From NCBI GenBank assembly GCA_017545225.1, contig JAFWPR010000004.1, forward strand, positions 6,115-70,114: DNA of 64,000 nt, written 5' to 3'. A program made the position numbers and the translations under genes. The notes under the pieces are model-generated. The model had not been told where the DNA came from. It saw only the letters and a program-made list of their open reading frames with translations, and did not search any database. The DNA comes from Clostridia bacterium. Its GTDB lineage: Bacteria > Bacillota > Clostridia > Oscillospirales > CAG-272. Position 1 is the first letter of the stretch; each line of letters begins with the position of its first letter. Shown one piece after another: positions 15,700 through 24,005 of this stretch.

Positions 15700-16632
15700 A
15701 TGGAAGATATCACCGCGAGAGTAACGCTCCGAAAGATAATAGACGAGATGAAACTGACGGAAGTCGTCATGCCGGATTCGCCGGACGAGTTGACCGTCGG
15801 AACGAAGGAGATACAGAGGCCCGGACTCGCGCTCACCGGATTTTACGAGCATTTCGATCCCAAGAGGATCCAGATCATCGGGAGCGCGGAATCGTGCTAT
15901 CTCGACTCGCTCGATCCCGACGAAAAGAGAGAAAAACTTCTCGCTTTTCTGAAACGCTCTCCCGTCGCCATTATTTTCACTCACGCGAGAAGGCCCGACG
16001 ACGTCATGCTCGATCTCGCGGAGTATTTCAGCGTGCCGATCCTCACGACGGACGAGAACACGAGCACGTTCATGGCGGCGCTCATCGCGTTTCTCAACGT
16101 GCGCCTCGCGCCGCAGATCACCCGTCACGGCGTTCTGGTCGAGGTCTACGGCGAGGGCATCCTGATCCTCGGCGACAGCGGCGTCGGCAAGAGCGAAACG
16201 GCGATAGAACTCATCAAGCGCGGGCACCGCTTCATAGCGGACGACGCGGTCGAACTCAAAAAGGTCTCCGCCAAGACGATAATCGGCGAGGCGCCCGAAC
16301 TCATCAAATACTACATCGAACTCCGCGGCATAGGCATCGTCGACGTCAGGCGTCTGTTCGGTATGGGCTCCGTCAAGGAGACGGAGAAGATAGACCTCAT
16401 CATCAAGCTCGAGCCGTGGGAAAAAGGCAAGGAATACGACCGTTTCGGTCTCGTCACCGAGTATACGAACATACTGGGGATCGACATCCCTTCGACCGTT
16501 ATCCCGGTGCAGCCGGGACGCAACCTCGCCGTCGTCATAGAGATCGCGGCGATGAACAACAGACAGAAAAAGATGGGATACAATACCGCGGAGGAATTCG
16601 ACAAGAAGCTCTCCGCTCTCGGCGGGGAATGA
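15700..16632 (+). CDS. hprK: HPr kinase/phosphorylase
   Basis: Walker A GDSGVGKSE, the following ELIKRGHRFIADD, and the conserved IELRGIGI motif. The ATG at 15700 (MEDITARV...) is preferred over the track start at 15652. Confidence 0.9.
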   Translation: MEDITARVTLRKIIDEMKLTEVVMPDSPDELTVGTKEIQRPGLALTGFYEHFDPKRIQIIGSAESCYLDSLDPDEKREKLLAFLKRSPVAIIFTHARRPDDVMLDLAEYFSVPILTTDENTSTFMAALIAFLNVRLAPQITRHGVLVEVYGEGILILGDSGVGKSETAIELIKRGHRFIADDAVELKKVSAKTIIGEAPELIKYYIELRGIGIVDVRRLFGMGSVKETEKIDLIIKLEPWEKGKEYDRFGLVTEYTNILGIDIPSTVIPVQPGRNLAVVIEIAAMNNRQKKMGYNTAEEFDKKLSALGGE

Positions 16633-16636
16633 TCGC

Positions 16637-17467
16637 GTGAAATATTCGGTCAGTACGTACAGCTTCGGCAGGTACGCCTCGCGAGGCGTACCGTTCATGA
16701 TAGACGAGGCGGCCCGGCTCGGATTTGACGGTATAGAATACTGTCTTGACGGCGAGTTTTCCGACGGCGAACTCAGATTGTTCGCGAAACGCGCGAGGGA
16801 CGCGGGGATCGTTCCCGTCTGTTCGTGCGTCGGAGCCGAATTCCTGAGGTGTGAGGACTTCGACGGTGAATGTCTCGGCGTGGAGCGGGAGGTCCGCCGC
16901 GCCGCGCTTCTCGGGGCGCCGCTTCTGCGGCACGACGTCTCGAACGGGTATCCGGGGAAGCTGACCGACGGCGACTATGAAGACGCGATTCCTGTCCTTG
17001 CCGCCGCGTGCCGCAGGATAACGGAATACGCGCGAGGATTCGGCATCGCGACGTGCACGGAGAATCACGGATATTTTTCCCAGGATGCGAAACGGGTCTT
17101 GAAGCTTTACGAAACGGTCGGCGACGGCAACTTCGGCGTCCTGTGCGATATCGGCAACTTCATGTGCGCCGACGCGGATCCCGTTGAGTCCACCGCCCTC
17201 GTCGCGCCGTACGCCGTCCACGTCCACGCGAAGGATTTTTACTTCTCCCGCGGGAAAGAACCGGCTGGGGAAGGATGGTTCCCGACGAGGAACGGCGGCA
17301 GCCTGCTCGGAGCCGTGATAGGGGAAGGCGACGCCCGCGCCGCCGAATCGATGATCGTTCTTCGTTCGGCGGGATACGGCGGATTCGTCTCGGTCGAGTT
17401 TGAGGGCAGAGAAGACAACCTCGTCGGGATCGCGCGGGGACTTGAATTTTTGACAAATGTAAAATAA
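16637..17467 (+). CDS. sugar phosphate isomerase/epimerase (xylose isomerase-like TIM barrel)
   Basis: 276 aa with a GTG start. Pattern GFDGIEY ... ENH ... DIGNF ... HVHAKD ... SVEFEG is typical of the AP endonuclease 2/TIM-barrel family. Confidence 0.7.
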   Translation: MKYSVSTYSFGRYASRGVPFMIDEAARLGFDGIEYCLDGEFSDGELRLFAKRARDAGIVPVCSCVGAEFLRCEDFDGECLGVEREVRRAALLGAPLLRHDVSNGYPGKLTDGDYEDAIPVLAAACRRITEYARGFGIATCTENHGYFSQDAKRVLKLYETVGDGNFGVLCDIGNFMCADADPVESTALVAPYAVHVHAKDFYFSRGKEPAGEGWFPTRNGGSLLGAVIGEGDARAAESMIVLRSAGYGGFVSVEFEGREDNLVGIARGLEFLTNVK

Positions 17468-17497
17468 GCCGTGACAGGCTCGGAAAGGATAGAAAAA

Positions 17498-19018
17498 ATG
17501 GGAATTCTTTACAGACCCGGCGACGGGATCACCTACGGCGTACCGGACAGATATTACGAGGAGAACGTTTTCCGCACGATGGAGCGCGAGAGCAAACCTC
17601 TTCCGACGTGGGAGGAGTCGCGTGATCTATTGCCTCGCCCGTTCTGGGACGGGCACGACGACGCGATCGCGTGCTACGACAAGGCGTGGGAGATCGCCTT
17701 CTCAAACCTCAGACAGCCGACGGAGATCTCGGGGTTCAAATCGAACTTCATCGATACCGCGTTCAACGGCTTCCTGTTTATGTGGGATTCGTCCTTCATC
17801 CTCATGTTCGGCAAATACGGGACGCGGGTCTTCAATTTCCAGAATACGCTGAACAATATGTACGCGCGTCAGCACTCGGACGGATTCATCTGCCGCGAGA
17901 TATGCGAAACGGGGGACGGAGAACAGTTCTTCCGTCACGATCCGGCGTCCACCGGTCCGAACGTGATGGCGTGGAGCGAATGGGTATATTTTGAGAATTT
18001 CGGAGATCTTGACAGGATCGCGAAAATATTCGCCCCTCTGATGGGGTATTACAGATGGCTGAAACTGTTCCGCACTTGGCGCGACGGTACGTACTGGTCG
18101 AGCGGTTACGGATGCGGCATGGACAATTCGCCCCGCATAGAGACCAAGTATTACGACAATCTCGAAGTCTCTAACGGTCACATGGTATGGATCGACGCCT
18201 GCTGTCAGCAGATACTGTCGGGGAACATCCTCGTCAAGATGGCGAAGCTTCTCGGCAGGGAAGAGGAAACGAAGGAGATAGAGGAAGAGGTCGCGATGCT
18301 CGCCTCGTTCGTCAACGAAAAGATGTGGGACGAAAAAGACGGCTTTTACTACGATCTCTGGTCCGGCGACCGCCTGTCCGGCTCGAAGACGCTCGCGTCC
18401 TACTGGGCGCTCCTCGCCGGGATAGTACCGGAGGACAGGATCGACCGTTTCGTCTCTCACCTCTTCGATCCGAACGAGTTTTACCGCGTTCACGTTCTGG
18501 CGTCTCTCTCCGCGGATCACCCGGAATTCCAGCCGAAGGGCGACTACTGGCGCGGATCGGTGTGGGCGCCTACCGCGTATATGACGCTGAAGGGTCTCGA
18601 CGCCGTCGGAAAATTCGATCTGGCTCACAAGCTCGCGATGAACCACCACGGAAACGTGGTAAAAGTTTTCAACGATACCGGAACGGTGTGGGAGAATTAC
18701 GCTCCCGACTTCGTCGAGCGCGGGAGCGCGTCGAAAGCCGATTTCGTCGGTTGGACGGGCCTTCCGCCCATCGCCGTTCTTCTCGAGTACGTCATGGGGA
18801 TCATACCGGACGGGATGAACAATACGGTAACGTGGCACGTCAACCTGACGGAGCGCCACGGAGTCAAAAAATACCCGCTCGGAACGGAGGCCGAACTCGA
18901 CCTGATCTGCGAGGCGAGAAAGAGCGAGGACGAGCGCCCCGTCGTAACGGTCAGCTCGAATATTCCCGTCACCGTCAAGGTGGTCTGGAGCGGCGGAGAA
19001 TACGAGATCAGAACGTAA
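17498..19018 (+). CDS. six-hairpin glycoside hydrolase (GH63/GH37-like, MGH1/trehalase-type)
   Basis: Motifs FMWDSSF, GMDNSPR, YWRGSVWAPT and VWENYAP resemble (alpha/alpha)6 glucosidase/trehalase-like enzymes. The ATG at 17498 follows GGAAAGGA. Confidence 0.6.
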   Translation: MGILYRPGDGITYGVPDRYYEENVFRTMERESKPLPTWEESRDLLPRPFWDGHDDAIACYDKAWEIAFSNLRQPTEISGFKSNFIDTAFNGFLFMWDSSFILMFGKYGTRVFNFQNTLNNMYARQHSDGFICREICETGDGEQFFRHDPASTGPNVMAWSEWVYFENFGDLDRIAKIFAPLMGYYRWLKLFRTWRDGTYWSSGYGCGMDNSPRIETKYYDNLEVSNGHMVWIDACCQQILSGNILVKMAKLLGREEETKEIEEEVAMLASFVNEKMWDEKDGFYYDLWSGDRLSGSKTLASYWALLAGIVPEDRIDRFVSHLFDPNEFYRVHVLASLSADHPEFQPKGDYWRGSVWAPTAYMTLKGLDAVGKFDLAHKLAMNHHGNVVKVFNDTGTVWENYAPDFVERGSASKADFVGWTGLPPIAVLLEYVMGIIPDGMNNTVTWHVNLTERHGVKKYPLGTEAELDLICEARKSEDERPVVTVSSNIPVTVKVVWSGGEYEIRT

Positions 19019-19062
19019 TTATTCAGGGACCGCAGCAGCGGTCCCGGTCATTTTGGAGAACT

Positions 19063-19752
19063 ATGAAATTTTCACTCGAGCATCTGATAAAAACTCAGGA
19101 AGATATGGAGCGGATCGTCCGCGAGGTCGGCGTCCTGCCGATGTTTGAAAATTCGATCAGGGGCTTCTCGGTCGAGGAACACGTCGATCCGTCCGTCTGG
19201 TTTTCCGAACTGCCGGGACCGTGGGAGTGGAAGGGCCCGGTGATCGCCGCTGTTGGCTGCGCTTACGGCAAGTTTTTCGAGGGCAAAGCGGCGTTCGTCA
19301 GACGGGACGTTTACGCGCGGCTCGCCAATTTCCGCCGCGACGGGTACGACTTCGACGCGCGTTTCGACGACGGACTCGCATCGTTCAGGGAAAAGGATCT
19401 GTACGACCTGATCGCGCTCCGCGCGCCCGCGCTCTCGCGCGATCTCAAGGCGGAAGGCGGATACGGGAAGGGCGGCAAAAAGGGCTTTGAAACGCTCCTT
19501 ACCGGACTGATGATGAAAGGGTACGTTCTGACCGAGGATTTCGTATACGACAGGGACAGAAACGGCAAGCCGTACGGATGGGGCGTCGCCGTGATCTCGA
19601 CGCCGGAACGGGTCTTCGGCGAGGAGATAAGAGCGGAGATGTACAAGGAGACGCCGGAGGAATCGCACGAGGCGCTTGTTCGGCTGATATCCGCGGCGAT
19701 GGACGACCCCGACCGCGACGGGATCGAGAGATTTCTCAAAAAACGGGCGTAA
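19063..19752 (+). CDS. hypothetical protein (possibly AlkZ/YcaQ-related winged-helix protein; weak call)
   Basis: 229-aa ORF starting MKFSLEHLIKTQEDMERIV, embedded in the track ORF 18187..19752. Codon usage is coding-like. The family assignment is from memory only. Confidence 0.45.
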   Translation: MKFSLEHLIKTQEDMERIVREVGVLPMFENSIRGFSVEEHVDPSVWFSELPGPWEWKGPVIAAVGCAYGKFFEGKAAFVRRDVYARLANFRRDGYDFDARFDDGLASFREKDLYDLIALRAPALSRDLKAEGGYGKGGKKGFETLLTGLMMKGYVLTEDFVYDRDRNGKPYGWGVAVISTPERVFGEEIRAEMYKETPEESHEALVRLISAAMDDPDRDGIERFLKKRA

Positions 19753-19757
19753 AGATG

Positions 19758-19786
19758 TTGACAAACGGGGTTGAGTGTGATATCAT
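19758..19786 (+). promoter_or_regulatory. promoter for tRNA-Arg (TTGACA-17-TATCAT)
   Basis: Plus strand reads TTGACAaacggggttgagtgtgaTATCAT. Confidence 0.6.
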
Positions 19787-19833
19787 ATCTTTCGCTGACA
19801 CGAAGGACCGTCCGATCGGTGTTTCGTGTTCAC

Positions 19834-19906
19834 GCGCCTTTAGCTCAGTGGATAGAGTGCCCGGCTACGAACCGGTAGGTCGTGGGTTCGAATCCCCCAA
19901 GGCGCG
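19834..19906 (+). tRNA. tRNA-Arg (anticodon ACG)
   Basis: GCGCCTTTAGCTCAGTGGATAGAGTGCCCGGCTACGAACCGGTAGGTCGTGGGTTCGAATCCCCCAAGGCGCG, with anticodon loop CTACGAA. Acceptor and D arms pair well. There is one apparent mismatch each in the anticodon stem and T stem as I read it. No CCA is encoded. Confidence 0.85.
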
Positions 19907-19907
19907 A

Positions 19908-19945
19908 AAAAGAAAAGGACCGTGGAACGGCCCTTTTCTTTTTCG
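19908..19945 (+). terminator. intrinsic terminator after tRNA-Arg
   Basis: AAAAGGACCGTGGAACGGCCCTTTTCTTTTTC. Confidence 0.65.
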
Positions 19946-19963
19946 CCCATTTGAAGGGGGATT

Positions 19964-20010
19964 CGAAGGCGCCCGGTAGTGAATGACAGCCCGGGGGGCT
20001 GTCAGAGCCG
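19964..20010 (+). repeat. GTAG-headed hairpin element, left copy (inverted partner at 21732..21782)
   Basis: cgaaggcgcccGGTAGTGAATGACAGcccggggggCTGTCagagccg. The 19-nt core at 19971-19989 is the exact reverse complement of 21753-21771. Confidence 0.8.
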
Positions 20011-20166
20011 GGCGTGCCCGAAGGAGCGGTCAGTCTTCGTATTTTGCGAAGACTGACTCCGCCGCTCCTGAGACGAATCCCCCTGCTCCGCAGGAGCAGC
20101 ATGTTTGAAAGGCAGAAACTTCGTCGAAAGCGTTTCAATATCCAGTTTGGTGAGAATTATGGTCTA

Positions 20167-21456
20167 TTATTTATCATCTTTGTTTTCTAAGATTTTGCAC
20201 ATTGTTCGAGAATAATCTAAATACTTACCAAAATGATTCATAAGACCATTAGCAATTATCATTGTTTCTGAAAGTCCACGCAAAGTTAAAGGCCAATATG
20301 TAGTGTAATATGTATCATAATCCTCTACACATTGTGGACCAGATAATATATCTCCAAATAGATAATAACAGGCCTTAAAACTGTTAGTTGTTCGTTCTGA
20401 TTGGAACATCCATAACCCTTTTGCTTGCCTGGGGTTAATAAAAATATGGCGATAGGTATATTTGCGAATGAGTATTTGTTCTGTCGAACAGATTTTTATT
20501 TCTTTGATTGCTTTTTCATATATCTCTTTTGTAAAATCAGGATAATTGACTGATAATAATCCGGCTAAATTATCTGCCGTTGAATATAGCAGAATTGCTA
20601 CCTCAGCACTGATGATTTCTTCATTTAGTGAAAGAGGAAGCGGGGTTAATGCCTTGACAAAATAGTCCAAATATTTAGAAAACACATCATACGGCGTGAT
20701 TGTTACTCGAGGATTGTTGTCTTCTTGGGTTTTCAGTAGTGAAAAAAAGCCATGTCGATTATTCTCTTTTTTCTGGTTTTTACGCTCGTTGTTTATTTTT
20801 TGCTGACATACATCAATCTTTTCGTTTGTATCGCGCCAACCAGCAAGTTGAGAGAATGCTTTTATGGCTTTTTCATACCCTTCAATGGTTTTCTTTTGCA
20901 TCTCAAGAATACCACAGTTATATATTTCAACCTTGCGACATATTTCAGCGTTTTGCTGACATTTATTTGCTAGTTTTGCCGAGTTTTTAAAGTCTTTAAT
21001 ACTATTAAATACTTCTGCCAATTCTAAAAATGCTTTTTCTGATCTGGCGGTATCCATAGCTTGTAATGCTTGATTATACTTTTCAGCATTTTTGGCATCT
21101 TCGATCCTTTTATGTATTTGAGACAAATATCCATTGAGTTCTTGAATTATTTCATCATTACCGAAACGTATTGCTTTTAGGTAGTTTTTGTTTTGATCAA
21201 AAGGAAAATCAATTTTTGCAAGATCTTCCTTGCTTCTTACGTGCAATTCCGCCATTAGTTTCCCTATGTATGCGGTCGCATTTTTAGGGTCACAATCAAG
21301 GACTCTTTCACAATATTCATTTGCGTGTTCCCACTCACTGTCTTCAAGGAATATAAAAACTCTTTCAAGCAATGGGTTTTTTTCAATACTTTTTTCTAGA
21401 GCGGAATATACATTCTCACTATTTTTTTCAAGTTCAAAACTTTCTCTGACTGACAT
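20167..21456 (-). CDS. TPR-like repeat protein with an uncharacterised C-terminal domain (AT-rich, probably horizontally acquired)
   Basis: The ATG at 21456 (MSVRESFELEK...) follows GGAGG. The N-terminal half is helical and TPR-like (EWEHANEYCERVLDCDPKNATAYIGKLMAEL). I do not recognise the C-terminal ~190 aa. The gene is visibly AT-rich compared with its flanks. Confidence 0.6.
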   Translation of the reverse strand: MSVRESFELEKNSENVYSALEKSIEKNPLLERVFIFLEDSEWEHANEYCERVLDCDPKNATAYIGKLMAELHVRSKEDLAKIDFPFDQNKNYLKAIRFGNDEIIQELNGYLSQIHKRIEDAKNAEKYNQALQAMDTARSEKAFLELAEVFNSIKDFKNSAKLANKCQQNAEICRKVEIYNCGILEMQKKTIEGYEKAIKAFSQLAGWRDTNEKIDVCQQKINNERKNQKKENNRHGFFSLLKTQEDNNPRVTITPYDVFSKYLDYFVKALTPLPLSLNEEIISAEVAILLYSTADNLAGLLSVNYPDFTKEIYEKAIKEIKICSTEQILIRKYTYRHIFINPRQAKGLWMFQSERTTNSFKACYYLFGDILSGPQCVEDYDTYYTTYWPLTLRGLSETMIIANGLMNHFGKYLDYSRTMCKILENKDDK

Positions 21457-21731
21457 AAAACCTCCAGATAATATATACCAGATTTTATTGTAATTGTAGC
21501 ATACGTGAATTCTATTTTCAAGTAATAGCAATCCGCTGCTTTGTCCATCTACCTAATCATAATTCTTAATGGTGTTTTCTTCTCCTTCCGTCACGGCTTC
21601 GCCGTGCCACTCTCGCCCGCGGGGCTCTGTGCAGACAGAATAAAGAAAAAATGTACTTCATTGCTACCGTCTGTCTGCCGAAGATTGACGCTCTGCGTCA
21701 ATCTTTCCGCGGTCTCTGCCTATTGCATAAG

Positions 21732-21782
21732 CGGCTCTGACAGTCCACCGGACTGTCATTCACTACCGGGCCGTGCGCTTCG
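21732..21782 (-). repeat. GTAG-headed hairpin element, right copy (inverted)
   Basis: cggctctGACAGtccaccggaCTGTCATTCACTACCgggccgtgcgcttcg, which is the reverse complement of the left copy apart from the hairpin loop and a few flank positions. Confidence 0.8.
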
Positions 21783-21858
21783 CTACCCTCAAGGGGAAGC
21801 CTTATTTTGCTCCGCAGGAGCAGCTTGTTTGACGTGCGGTAAACTGAATAATAAAGCC

Positions 21859-21884
21859 GGAGGCATCAGGGGATGCCTCCCTAC
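21859..21884 (+). repeat. REP-like hairpin GGAGGCATC-AGGG-GATGCCTCC-CTAC
   Basis: 9-bp GC stem followed by CTAC (GTAG on the other strand). Near-identical copy at 56300..56325. Confidence 0.75.
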
Positions 21885-21900
21885 TATACCGCCCCCGTTC

Positions 21901-21929
21901 TTGACAACCCTCGCCCCTTTCTGTATAAT
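21901..21929 (+). promoter_or_regulatory. consensus promoter (TTGACA-17-TATAAT) for the GNAT gene at 21959
   Basis: Plus strand reads TTGACAaccctcgcccctttctgTATAAT. Confidence 0.7.
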
Positions 21930-21958
21930 CTTCCTAACGACGCTCGAAAGGATCAGCC

Positions 21959-22486
21959 ATGCCTCTCAAACTCATCAAACTCACCCCCGAATACAAAACC
22001 GCCCTCATCGAGATGATCGACGAGTGGCGGGCCGATATTGAGAACAATCACACGAACGACTCCCCGTGGACGATATTCAGGAACGATCCGCGGGATTTCG
22101 ACTGTTACCTCGAACACCTGGAATTCAAGAAACCGGAAGGCGGCCGCGTTCCCGATTCCGTTTTCTTCCTTCTGGACGAAGACCGGGACCGTCTTCTCGG
22201 CGCGGTGAATATACGCCATTACCTCAGCGATGAGCTCTTGAAAGAGGGCGGTCATATCGGCGACGGCATACGCCCGACAGAGAGGGGAAAAGGATACGGG
22301 ACGGAGCTCGTCCGCCTCGCTCTTATCGAGTGTCGGAAGCTCGGCATCGACAAGGTCCTTATGACCTGCGACAAAATCAATACCGCCTCCGCGAAGACGA
22401 TAATCAAAAACGGCGGCGTTCTCGAAAACGAATTCGTAAACTCCGACGGCGAGGTCGAACAGAGATACTGGATAACGCTCTGCTGA
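21959..22486 (+). CDS. GNAT family N-acetyltransferase
   Basis: 175 aa with the acetyl-CoA motif RGKGYGTELVRLALIECRKLG. Confidence 0.8.
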   Translation: MPLKLIKLTPEYKTALIEMIDEWRADIENNHTNDSPWTIFRNDPRDFDCYLEHLEFKKPEGGRVPDSVFFLLDEDRDRLLGAVNIRHYLSDELLKEGGHIGDGIRPTERGKGYGTELVRLALIECRKLGIDKVLMTCDKINTASAKTIIKNGGVLENEFVNSDGEVEQRYWITLC

Positions 22487-22529
22487 GGTATCATCAGGCT
22501 GACATTTATTATGCAGGGAGGCAGCGGGA

Positions 22530-23099
22530 ATGAAGAGACTTTCCGAGTCGGAAATTAGGAAAAGGAATTCGTTTTTTCTGGTTTCCGCTATCGTGATATT
22601 CGCTTTGTCTGTTACAGCGATCGCTTCTTTGCTTACAAATTATATCGACCCGCCTTATGAGAAGTTACCCGAAACGGCGACGACTGTTGAAAAAACAGTT
22701 TACGAACACGGGGTAATCGTTCCCTTCTTCGGCCATTTGGGAGAGAAGACGTATTTGACCGCTTCCGACGGAAACGCGTACGCGATCCCGAAATCCTTAC
22801 ATACGTCAGGCGCGCTCTCCGAGGGAGAGGAGGTCGTGATAAAATACCGCAAAACTTGGGTCGGAAGTCTCTTCGGAGTTATCTACGCCCGCGAAATACG
22901 CTCAGGAGACGGCGTCGTCATGCCGTATTCTCCGCCGAATTCGCGAGACGTGATCATAGTGTGCGTCATATGTTCCGTCGGCATTCTGCTGTCGTTTTTA
23001 TTGTTCCTTTTGTACCGTTGGCTCGTCAGGATGGGGCTGGAGCGCGAAGAAAAACGCGATAAGAGAATTATAAAAAAATACGGACAACTCAACAAATAA
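22530..23099 (+). CDS. hypothetical membrane protein
   Basis: 189 aa with an N-terminal TM helix (FFLVSAIVIFALSVTAIASLL) and a C-terminal TM helix (IIVCVICSVGILLSFLLFLLY). No family recognised. Confidence 0.5.
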   Translation: MKRLSESEIRKRNSFFLVSAIVIFALSVTAIASLLTNYIDPPYEKLPETATTVEKTVYEHGVIVPFFGHLGEKTYLTASDGNAYAIPKSLHTSGALSEGEEVVIKYRKTWVGSLFGVIYAREIRSGDGVVMPYSPPNSRDVIIVCVICSVGILLSFLLFLLYRWLVRMGLEREEKRDKRIIKKYGQLNK

Positions 23100-23132
23100 A
23101 ACGTAATTAATGTTTGGAAACAGATAATTGAT

Positions 23133-23525
23133 ATGTTTGAAAGAATAAAAGCAAAATTTCGAAAAAAGCCTACACAGATCCCGCCCAAACCGTCATGGAA
23201 AGAAACGGTTGCCTTAATGTATGACGAATCTCCGTCCGGCTTTACGGATGCGGACGAGGTGCTGAAAGTATTCTATAATAGGGAAAAAGACCGCAGGATG
23301 ATCTTTTTTAAAAGTCAGAGCGGATATTTCTACTATAGAACGGAGCGCCTTATTCCATTCGACGACGAAGAGTGGTCGTATATCGCGTACGAAAAGGACG
23401 CTTTGCCCGCTTTTTGGTCGCCGTCGGAAGATACCGCCCGCTCCTTCTTCGGTTCGGAACAGGATCTACTGAAAGAAGTAAAATCCGCGGCTGATTACAA
23501 TATATTTTTTACGGATGAAATATGA
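23133..23525 (+). CDS. hypothetical protein
   Basis: 130-aa ORF. Its stop overlaps the start of the next gene (ATGA). No family recognised. Confidence 0.45.
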   Translation: MFERIKAKFRKKPTQIPPKPSWKETVALMYDESPSGFTDADEVLKVFYNREKDRRMIFFKSQSGYFYYRTERLIPFDDEEWSYIAYEKDALPAFWSPSEDTARSFFGSEQDLLKEVKSAADYNIFFTDEI

Positions 23526-23962
23526 TTGTTGCAGTAGATAAAACGAACGTTTACGCCGCGGCGGAGGTCCATTCGGCCTCATGGCGGGAGTCCCACCGCT
23601 CCTTTTGCGCTCCCGATTTCATCGCACGGCACACACCGGAGCATCAGCGGGAATACATCGGGAAGAAAATGAGATCGGGAAGCCGTTTTTATATGCTCGT
23701 CGACGGCGGACCGGTCGGCATCGTGTCGGTGACGGGCGATTTGATCGAGGACCTCTACGTTTTGCCTGAGAAGCAGGGGATGGGATACGGAACGGAGCTT
23801 TTGCGGTTCGCCGTCGAAAAATGTCGCGGGATTCCGACTCTGTGGATACTTGAAAACAACGAAAGGGCGGCGCGGTTTTACCGCCGGAAGGGATTTGTTG
23901 AGACCGGAAGGATCAAAGCGGTTGCGGACGGGATAAACGAGATCGAATTCAAACTCGAATAA
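23522..23962 (+). CDS. GNAT family N-acetyltransferase
   Basis: 146 aa with the motif QGMGYGTELLRFAVEKCRG and a C-terminal ARFYRRKGF. Confidence 0.8.
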   Translation: MIVAVDKTNVYAAAEVHSASWRESHRSFCAPDFIARHTPEHQREYIGKKMRSGSRFYMLVDGGPVGIVSVTGDLIEDLYVLPEKQGMGYGTELLRFAVEKCRGIPTLWILENNERAARFYRRKGFVETGRIKAVADGINEIEFKLE

Positions 23963-23989
23963 AAAAAGCAGGCGCGAACCTGCTTTTTT
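23961..23989. terminator. bidirectional intrinsic terminator
   Basis: AAAAAAAGCAGGcgcgaaCCTGCTTTTTT, between convergent genes. Confidence 0.7.
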
Positions 23990-24005
23990 CGTTTTGCTTA
24001 TCCTC

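Noticed and set aside
19950-24000. Prophage or integrative element at tRNA-Arg
   Set aside because: No integrase, recombinase, phage structural or conjugation genes are present, and there is no direct repeat of the tRNA 3' end. Only a single AT-rich gene and small accessory genes occur, so I treated it as a cassette-like insertion plus accessory stretch.
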